This document shows, one piece after another, positions 15,001 through 18,679 of a DNA stretch of 64,000 nt. Source of the stretch: Thermoplasmatota archaeon (GTDB taxonomy: Archaea > Thermoplasmatota > JAKEGO01). Position 1 is the first letter of the stretch. Every line of letters begins with the position of its first letter. The position numbers and the translations under genes are program-made. Where the stretch lies: positions 128,001 through 192,000 of the forward strand of contig JANQNK010000004.1 of NCBI GenBank assembly GCA_028279595.1. Reading direction: 5' to 3'. Under the pieces are notes generated by a model. It was not told where the DNA came from. It saw nothing but the letters and a program-made list of their open reading frames with translations, and ran no database searches.

Positions 15001-16583
15001 TAGACGTCCTGTCGGTCGAAGGGGACGTCATGCCTGGTGACACTTCATCCGTGGAGTTCGAGGTCGTCAACAACGGGACCGGGACGGAGAGCATGCTGAT
15101 CAAGTTCACACTACCGGACGGATGGACCGCCGACCATGACGTGTCCATCAGCCTGGATGCCGGAGAGACGGACACCTTCACGGTCGACCTCACACTACTC
15201 ACCGAGGAGGACGGTTCGAACATCGTGCTCTATCTCAACGGGTCCGAGGACAGGAGTTTCGACTTCACCCTCGGGACCCTGACACCGATGCCGTCGGCCG
15301 TCATCCTGTCACTCGACCAGGCGGTCTCGTTCAGGAACGTCAACTTCATCGCGGAGGAGGGGTACGGCGAGAACTGGACCTGGACGTTCGGCGACGGCAG
15401 CGTCGTGGAGGGCATGGAGATAAGTCACGCCTTCGGAAGACCTGGCGAGTACATGGTCACACTGACGGTCACGAACTCCGTCGGAGTGGACCGGGCCTAC
15501 AAGAACGTCACGATTACCAACCTCGTTCCCGAGGTGAGGATAGGGCCGGTCTCGGATGCCGAGTCAGGCTCGGTGGTCCAGATAACGGCGGCGGGAACCG
15601 TGGACAGAGACGGGACCATCGTCTCGTACACCTGGACGTTCAGCGACGGCGGTTCGGCCTCCGGAGCGGTGGTCAGCCACAAGTTCTCGACGACGGGGAT
15701 CAATGTGATCACCCTCAACGTCACCGACGAGCTCGGCGGCACGAACTGGACCACCTACAGTTTCAATGTGACATCCAAGGACGATGGTTCGGCGCTCGGA
15801 GACCTGGCAACGAAGATCGGTCTCGTCGTCGGGATCCTCATAATACTGATACTGATAATACTCGTTCTGATCGGGAAGATCGGACTGAAGAGGAAGGCCG
15901 CACCGGTGAAGCAGGAGCCCGTAGAGAAGAAGCCGCCTGCGAAGAAGCCCCGTGCGGGCGAGGGTCCACCGAAGAAGAAGGCGTCCCGTGGACCGCCCGT
16001 TGCCGGAGCTCCGGTCAAGCGGAAGGTCAGGAAGCCGGTTCCCGAGAAGGGGACGCCCCAGGATGAGGAGGCCTTCGCCGAGGTCCCGCCACCGGAAGAG
16101 GCCCCTCCGGCGGATGAAGTGCCCGAGACACCTCCGGAGGACGAGAAGCCATCCGCCTTCGTTCCAATGGGAAAGAAGGAGAAACCGGTCCTTCCGACAG
16201 GGCCAGCCGAGGAGGAGACCCCGGCCCCGGTGGAAGAAAGGGCGAGCGCGTTCACCACGAAGGACGCCCGGAAGAAACCCGTTCTCCCGACGGCGGTGGA
16301 TGAGCCGCCAGCACCTGAGGAGGCTCCGACACCGCCTCCCGCGGAGGAGCCCCCAGCGTGGGAGCCGCCCACGCCAGCTCCTGAGCCACCTGTGATGGAG
16401 CCGGAACCTGCTCCGGTCGCACCGGCACCGATCGTGGAGGAGCCACCAGTCGAAGAGACCACCCCGCCCATGGACGAACCTCCTGAGGAGGAGAAGGTGG
16501 ACGAGGGCGAGATCTCACAGCAGCTCGACGACCTCGAAGCCCTTATGAAGAAGCTCGACGGTTACACCGAGGAAGAGGAGTGA
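1..16583 (+). CDS. Giant cell-surface glycoprotein/adhesin (>5503 aa, 5'-truncated by the window): FG-GAP repeats, PA14, CARDB/NEW3-like Ig folds, PKD domains, three hydrophobic segments, Pro/Glu-rich tail
   Basis: The frame is open from the window start, with no stop upstream of ATG 72. Motifs seen: FG-GAP (DMNDDNVTDLIVGAP, DLTGDGMAEVLVSAP); PA14 (GLVGSYY...IDFNWG...FSIRWTG); PKD (WTFGDG); many N-x-S/T sequons. TM segments lie at ~8421-8483, ~9003-9059 and ~15815-15875. Confidence 0.9.
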   Translation, partial: TPVSADFGDDILFAEIGGETGPDMIVADAEAGTGGEVYILLDPDEGNLTVSDADITLTGAAGSMFGSGVSFTDMNDDNVTDLIVGAPMADNGNGTVYLFLGPIANGSYQNANITLDAPEDTLGFGASVQASEINGDTRPDIAIASIYQPGGNGLVGSYYDDIDLSELMYVQVDDDIDFNWGLGAPTNLSADTFSIRWTGLLYCEETGEHTFWVDADDAIRVYIDGDMVIDAWGGAPNASEGVYLLEGYHDIKVEYADDTLDAYVNLNWTTAYSSGPVPTANLVPSLSSPLFIVNGKTNLSNLEVSDILVGEVMGSTFGSEMIDSDEGLVVGSWSTGHVFIHDADTAGDTETYYAYPQYKGSGDETGEPVSDLWGDDNNYYEVERGNSEDDLEIDTFYIYQLPAIARQYGEIAGVNLLVRWSTDQYYIWQGNGDMNYVQFAIEGDAYEDLVQPTRTTTEATITGNLYNKGVDTYGEIEDLNIHFNNGDVGSSADSVYFEFILVEIEVSLPVMDEYVDGPASFGMSLASYGDDLYVGAPYAGPMTNDHELVGMSGGGSAYSFDMTSLPDAAAEAGGILFGTPGSEFGSSLATADGMLAIGAPEAFLADDTGAVFLAEDMDLSGSGLCPYGSGNAGTVVAMNGTLLAAGNPETDTIHLIDITDAPTMEVDRSDSVHVPTSEQYTIDISSTGVLAITSYTIPAWDSDFNGTDWIRMSAGDLDMDVDINTAPGHDTPVSIVGRSLDGLTCGLDVIWFRTMEDSFSVDDLHIVRADGKAFASPEGGVAGEVSTVRPFVRYSGPGTTATDVEISTGGSYLNRTVPLPSDLMVLGDNLTVSSYGTEAWRATDQMGSSYTTISLTESHYSWRVIVNGSYLLQRSGSVGLRFYTPVALTFDQVSIARASGDDRNIFDETLTEVSFGGMPYYRAAAGEVFVSDWTDFSIDPDGIYAVSFHTQTNSTNELTYFYGSGIGETYYRTGDYRSDPDWSDNAPSSSAFSAYLISVQSETLPSVSGIVSIPWYSPVGWNSIGWTATTPGGSSVRGSIRTADDVGGMPANWSAWRGPSGEDPYLAPSAMTETSSWIQYRAELVTSDGMAPILHSFYLGTTQGDAVQDEWTTIWDPTWGTGDITGIEMQYRLDSLWTGSVGYHNITVGLGGETGTFMVEMESNAPNGVVTISGRTEDIQAYALTGAAISLSNLRTGSMLNTTSDGSGDYSLDLSSLPGGYIDGEAFIINATHMGSFGTEAFTIYSEDGDRTIDIALELEGLEIFVDLQDTPYGQRFIRMNRESDGAETDTPVEGEDTLLSARIGNRGQLDAKNVTLGFFDNGTIIGAEQKLNITSGDVVEIQQWWTPTPGWTNLSVKAWGMWNTEHYFWADLWDSPIDWGGAVDFTTEAYNTPDDLNTWWIDGADPNSSMDGWDWLPFAYGSTDEDYTWLGEPSGEADYVEAGQIEIRIGRYSGWGNSGMDGESSGAFGTQFYIEPDAFAEWTGGKAILRFVWDWDQWSGTEERCSLLGRIRTRNDTLWLGSDVSTAYYPNSSAAIYGKNEDENTNQDFWDQNFVQDVTSIFNQSGHYYLDLGAWVDDTSRKGEGASASFDDISLEFVREVTDQFPDNDEGWMNVTVLPNQPVTPFNASVQFIDNYNLTGLRVNFTSYTTSGSWSLDDRANGTGHYDIGIPAINYTEADMLNIVVDDVLDGVRFLGSYQTVLYSYESPASIVIPLFSYGFSMTPVSTHAVLSPGDSFNYSLMVMSDSNVGVDIYLNVTGLPAGWDVVLSGSNVNKSGGQYTVWVPAYGSVTVTVFLELDEDPLSSLPGNYSWSVDGGAWFGKDSITMLSDVIPVYTFEISDIDVETIVPGGTVFYNVTVLSTGNVDNIIDFNLTAPDNWTVHIPNTALPLAASTSENIVFYITAPDWPGKNMTQGTDYNLTLDGASRHSADADMKAVDLEIGSIHDIRLEGDDMECEPGIPVFYPINITNHGNVRETVTLMLEWNATIGNVSTPTPIVLDPGEWYILDIVFTPSPDYNVSTADRVLEINASYGSALLNARFTVERVYDLHFIVPDTIDTVIGQETEFEVTIENRGNGDATYKIGVSNGIPSTPFMELVTWDPRTLGVKMTPDTEGWSNVTLSLILDSETIGQIAVPIKASRGYIDFVMGDSEVVINDVDAYDISPSTMDMAYISAGNAYYLPANGTAVDLGATNATDIAITNLGSAFIALAKPDAVMVHEVSGNAPYNIVETWNMSVGGTMVEMDSSTYTTDGNAVYLVWIAPGGVKFRSLSNWQSKDWNTVANIYSGTATAIDLVASGSRINIAWGASNGVHYERVSYLGSEDIAPVRVANVAPPTSVALSNPMDLHLAWASNGVVSYATYNGSWSSATRLREGFEVAGAVAGDITSFAISEDFVSVVHPPQGFWQASERGDPSSPTIVWDDGMYVYYLDGDLHVNEIGLPFLMDWGEEAEIDVTLYNRGSRNMDVSPTASVHEDWTADIGSDPVPKGGTGMITLEVKAPYTISSEDSTDVVISLDGIEMVRIPARALGGEVHEVSVEGDLAATPGETLETTLTFTNTGNSHENITIELIVPEGWEMVLDSDSLSIPAGGTGAVGVTVTAPIDTIAQDDLSVNLTFAGTTTVVMAPVAVAPMAPHIGSVNVTTGLSGDMIWMNATVFRALSVEWFLPNGTELSGTEVVGAFDIPGTAVVQLVATNEAGVESTFVNVTIGNRLPTGVDFATGKLKAGESIMLEANGTDPEGTLLTFTWTIEGEEYVGTSVDYRFEEKGTYKVLLTAVDEHGGATEVSHNVVVTGGEEDGVAGMDMIDLMLIISLILLILILLLLLVKKRKAPVAEKALKDESMFEMVHRLWPQYVDTVRDLDPKVADILEQAKLLNYDETTNVLTLGLAEGEDFKKAVMPEVLEVMERGFHDLHGTRVFLFIESGMGAAPKEESGPTLTLVKDEPPKKGGAAEPGAVKKGPRKRKAKRPQAKNGPQQEGGAKDAPKKKVARPKKKGPKGPFCLVLMVLMIGLLGVASGEQLTLADVDLDGADDVAVGFPDDDSIGYATGPLSRGEVALTTVEGQAGSGYGYALASTNGTLAVMAHSNASTVVYLYDAFGTWDSFDSNISTISPSGVNSLAVGDYDGDDEVDIAVASSAGTVRVYFGPEYSSTMTIDVPASGDIALVLEDIDGSGEDELVVGVPSIGIVLIFEGGVDYQTQLIAPDLEDMESGINLTWEDDGLMLARLGEIENGDGSDGMVGWWTTDNRDGNENGLIRLLDGDIGSWKVSPDSGAPTVGFGSNRDTMVQDGENKAYSGTLCSPSFEIPDNVEYLHLWYRYVLASFDRWEGVYVDIYNDVNNNKLLSVHQRRFGDNGNWRTYEESKIIEVSSFQGYTVYFGGELDGDDGRDSALITMDDIYFSDEEGNIARKDTGHYVSYPQTVGFNITSVVPIWDADLNGEEIEIRARASSSVPWTSIEPLENSVLNELSVAGTAFEYNITLRSDNIGISPVLRSLTFELMSAPGAVIKGKANTGFGSTLKVSVDHDTLVVGSPTYFTKGSAFGYDLPSIGDSLTLANTTFTVETNELDAGLGTGVALADLTGDGMAEVLVSAPMARFKADDGGAVYGFSQASGDLTIKESEVQYAGDGGLGTAMASCWDRIAVLEGETVSIIEGWHALRFITTDANSFPDNSISIPISIENLFDAEQIDLGLILPGNWTGHFEDGGTVTSVSVGAGTTKNLTLVVDIPETASDDDFEVSLIGIGADGIAYNVSTLTVDVFIPDIYPNYLFMLRGDGWNATDNSRHLIAGEVANITVEFYTISDSPLPEITITFFEEYNTGSSWDYSVIDNFTVQPVPGESTWLSTDWTPFTDGEFYIGAMIDSLETVLETDEDNEIKYKRDILDDIPESVYTISGKVFDTDNTTVNASITVSGPRGYMDSFTSSDSGDYSTVIDNSSYFEGEVFWINATLSGPPGSASESIALYSEDVGSEIDLDLHFDGVDVALEEFDDATGTVDISILRYGDGMADDTVVAGLPVTLEIEVKNRGTDDVSVDASFWTNTSIGSVVRTVDALSADRINISWTPASAGTYDLYVQLNASGDIYSANDMGSRLSVVCIPRTPSMDIWINGTVFDTEGDPLSGVQVPVENLGSSWMNSSIITNGTGWFSTLINMSSYLEGDRIDINVSHSGNWGNTTIHLFSYDGDHDVTLLLRRYGVGLTGDASAKVMPWDMAMYQLNLSSGANFNDTFTVRASGVPSGWDHYFLYGNGSMVSPFSWGLDPDGSIELYLVMWTETDPWLVLPDTYAVTVRAFMDSHPTTSVDLMVSLEVLPTYNFTLTGVNTSWSVAPNGTVMFEYDLTNWANGNVSVLVTAFSDEPDVGLVYPSSISLGYGDTETLFIEATAPPLSSDIEAGSEIEITLKVAALNDSKMDRWATPVMTVEGIVALEWSGTMAEEAVPGDEAVYELVLTNVGNADFSGNVSIGGADFYTWVYPDGVDLGPGDSETFTIFAEADFEDIGGDSLPAGTMLDFNVTVGNVTADLTLTSLSKHSITISSDATDTWAHHTDAQTFEVVIRNKGNVPEDVIMYMAGENTSWVSLAMDDFTLGINEVLKFNLTIDPDGPGVCDIAIYGSSDDAVSNSLNVFVTFDDRTDQVLVYSPAFMITDDAEEFDSCGDAVVWRSSGGIHVDDGTGAISLGDGSLPTVGTYGDLVGVSWFEDGSVMFATSAGDYATQEVSDLTPVRLEVSPGPVRAVAIDTGSAIKVLTFSGGNWTQAHYPHGDFALIPHGDELYLLHINSTNASIRTLPDGDVVEELDLDEVHQVLVDDAIGILGEYEGAGVLIWGEPGDWTTTKGPVWGEALISTGQCPIAVGYTTGEMVLKSDCGRFTMPMRPTWPLAMMDGGYLPPVPTSDLGGGDAVYYISGDSLYMMPLDMIVRPDETGETFEVFVYGNAEGLTPIIDGMASIVSSDVNTTTGIVSVTIVSDPVEAGESYPLSISLMDGSGSTNGLGFIMIPRSYVQIDVLSVEGDVMPGDTSSVEFEVVNNGTGTESMLIKFTLPDGWTADHDVSISLDAGETDTFTVDLTLLTEEDGSNIVLYLNGSEDRSFDFTLGTLTPMPSAVILSLDQAVSFRNVNFIAEEGYGENWTWTFGDGSVVEGMEISHAFGRPGEYMVTLTVTNSVGVDRAYKNVTITNLVPEVRIGPVSDAESGSVVQITAAGTVDRDGTIVSYTWTFSDGGSASGAVVSHKFSTTGINVITLNVTDELGGTNWTTYSFNVTSKDDGSALGDLATKIGLVVGILIILILIILVLIGKIGLKRKAAPVKQEPVEKKPPAKKPRAGEGPPKKKASRGPPVAGAPVKRKVRKPVPEKGTPQDEEAFAEVPPPEEAPPADEVPETPPEDEKPSAFVPMGKKEKPVLPTGPAEEETPAPVEERASAFTTKDARKKPVLPTAVDEPPAPEEAPTPPPAEEPPAWEPPTPAPEPPVMEPEPAPVAPAPIVEEPPVEETTPPMDEPPEEEKVDEGEISQQLDDLEALMKKLDGYTEEEE

Positions 16584-17920
16584 ACTTGAGGCCGGAAACC
16601 GCCTTCGCGGGCAGGCTGCTCATGGACGGAGAGTTGGTCAGCGGAGCGGTCGAGGTCACCGACGGGCGGATCACGGACATCGTGAAGACCTCCGACGCCG
16701 AGGACGTCCTCGACTTCGGGGACGCGCTCGTCCTACCGGGCGGCGTCGACATGCACGTCCATTTCAGGGACCCGGGTTACACACACAAGGAGGATTTCCT
16801 TACAGGGAGTTCGGCAGCCGTCTTTGGCGGAACTACAACTGTGGTTGACATGCCGAACACCATACCGTTCATCGCGGACAGGACGACCTTCGTCGAGAAG
16901 GCGGGAGCGATGGCCGACTCCTGGGTCGACTTCGGGCTCGCGTCCGCGTTGGCAGCGGGAAGGGACCCGGTGGCGATGGCGGACCTGGCGGTATGCTACA
17001 AGCTCTTCATGGCCTCCACGACAGGTGTCGAGGGCGGCGACTACGAGGAATCCTTGCACAGGGCGGTGGGCGTCGCGAAGCCCATTGTGGTGCACGCTGA
17101 AGACCCTGGACAGTTCAGGGCTTCCCCCGGGGTCGACCTGGAGGACCATTCGCGTGCGCGGCCTTTCATCGCCGAGGTCGAGGGGATACGGCGGATCTAC
17201 TCGCTGGCTTCCCATCAGATACCGGCTCCGAGCGTGCATCCCGCCCAGGGAGAGAACCATCCCAACTTCTGGATCCACATCGCGCATCTCACGTCCGCGG
17301 AGGGAGCCGACGTCGTGAGAGGGTTGAGACCGGCGGGTTTCACCGCCGAGGTCACGCCCCACCATCTGTTCCTCGATTCGTCCATGGAGCTCGGGACTTT
17401 GGGAAAGGTCAACCCCCCTCTGAGGACGGTCAACGACCGATCCGCCCTCTGGAGGGCTCTCGGTGATGGAACTATCGATGCGGTCGCATCCGATCACGCG
17501 CCACATCTCCCCGAGGAGAAGGACACGGATTTCGCCGATGCCCCGGCGGGTATCCCCGGGGTGGAGACATTGTATCCTCTGATGCTCCATTCCGTCAAAA
17601 GGGACATGCTCCCATTGAACCGTGTCGTCGATGCCGTCGCCACCAGACCGGCAGAGATCCTCGGGATCCCGAAGGGAAAGGTCGAGGTCGGTTACGATGC
17701 GGACCTCGCGATCTTCGATTCCAGCAACGTCACCGAGATCAAGGGGGAGGATCTCCATTCAAGGTGCGGATGGACGCCGTTCGATGGCATGGAGGCGATA
17801 TTCCCGGTCGCGACCGTGGTCTGCGGCAGGATGCACCAACGCGACGGAGCACTGTTCGGGGATCCGGAGGGCAAGATGCTGATACAGCCGCAGCATAGCC
17901 GGACCATGAACGGAGGATAG
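16580..17920 (+). CDS. pyrC: Dihydroorotase (amidohydrolase superfamily)
   Basis: Motifs DMHVHFRDPG, GGTTTVVDMPNT, EVTPHHL, KVNPPLR and SDHAPH. The GTG start overlaps the upstream stop (GTGA). Confidence 0.85.
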   Translation: MNLRPETAFAGRLLMDGELVSGAVEVTDGRITDIVKTSDAEDVLDFGDALVLPGGVDMHVHFRDPGYTHKEDFLTGSSAAVFGGTTTVVDMPNTIPFIADRTTFVEKAGAMADSWVDFGLASALAAGRDPVAMADLAVCYKLFMASTTGVEGGDYEESLHRAVGVAKPIVVHAEDPGQFRASPGVDLEDHSRARPFIAEVEGIRRIYSLASHQIPAPSVHPAQGENHPNFWIHIAHLTSAEGADVVRGLRPAGFTAEVTPHHLFLDSSMELGTLGKVNPPLRTVNDRSALWRALGDGTIDAVASDHAPHLPEEKDTDFADAPAGIPGVETLYPLMLHSVKRDMLPLNRVVDAVATRPAEILGIPKGKVEVGYDADLAIFDSSNVTEIKGEDLHSRCGWTPFDGMEAIFPVATVVCGRMHQRDGALFGDPEGKMLIQPQHSRTMNGG

Positions 17921-17941
17921 GATATCTCCGAATCCACAACG

Positions 17942-18008
17942 CTTAAGAACAGGATTTCATTAGTGGTCCCACGCGGGCCTGTAGCTCAGCACGGCAGAGC
18001 AGATCGGC
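17942..18008 (+). repeat. Direct repeat of the tRNA-Lys promoter/leader plus the 5' half of the tRNA (partial tRNA copy 17975-18008)
   Basis: cttaagaac...attagtggtcccacgcgggcctgtagctcagcacggcagagc(a)gatcggc recurs at 18107-18172. Confidence 0.9.
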
Positions 18009-18139
18009 CGGCCTTTTTCAGAAAAAGGGGCGGCGAAAAAGGGACCGTTCTTCAACTCTTGATCCCGCATACCGAACGGGCCAGAACGGCAGTATGTTGC
18101 AAAACTCTTAAGAACGGGATGTTATTAGTGGTCCCACGC

Positions 18140-18213
18140 GGGCCTGTAGCTCAGCACGGCAGAGCGATCGGCTCTTAACCGATCGGTCGGGGGTTCGAAT
18201 CCCTCCAGGCCCG
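18140..18213 (+). tRNA. tRNA-Lys(CTT)
   Basis: Acceptor stem GGGCCTG/CAGGCCC, D-arm TAGCTCAG..GG..AGAGC, anticodon arm ATCGG-CTCTTAA-CCGAT, T-loop GTTCGAATC. No intron and no encoded CCA. Confidence 0.97.
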
Positions 18214-18519
18214 TTCATTTCTTAGTGATTTCCAATTGGAGAACGGGCCATAGGAAGCGAACCCCGGAACGGGCGGGGTTGTTCGGAAATATGATGGAAT
18301 TATCTTTATAGAATATTTCCGAACGAGGATGAACCGAAGGATCATCCGTTCGAATCCCTCCAGGCCCGTTTTTCATTATTCAATGTTAGGAGGGCCTGGA
18401 GAGGATGGGAACCCCTTGGTCAAACGGGGTTGTTTGTACCGATCGAATGTGGAATCCAATACAGGCACAAACCCGGATGATGCGAAGCATCATCACGGCG
18501 GATCCCTCCAGGCCCGTTC
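18199..18519 (+). repeat. tRNA-linked repeat array: the tRNA 3' end is repeated at 18348-18370 and 18502-18519, separated by structured ~130-nt spacers
   Basis: atccctccaggcccgtt occurs at 18199, 18354 and 18502 (periods 155 and 148 bp). Both spacers carry equivalent hairpins. Confidence 0.9.
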
Positions 18520-18679
18520 CCGATGCCGATCCAATTCGTCGTATGACGATTTGTTAACACAAACTGCGTAAATATTATGATTATATGCAGAAAAATTAAC
18601 TTTTAAGTCGAAATAAAAATCATTACAGTAGTAAGTAAGGTATTAATACAACGTCCATCGCTTTCTCTGAATAGGACAC

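Noticed and set aside
18199-18519. CRISPR array interpretation of the tRNA-end repeats
   Set aside because: Only three 17-23-nt repeats identical to the tRNA end, spacers of ~130 nt, and no cas genes.
17975-18519. Split (trans-spliced) tRNA
   Set aside because: An intact gene is present, the 3' fragments lack the anticodon/variable region, and no complementary leader/trailer or BHB motif is evident.
17963-18571. Short ORFs 17963-18178 and 18329-18571
   Set aside because: They overlap the tRNA and its repeats and show no coding features.
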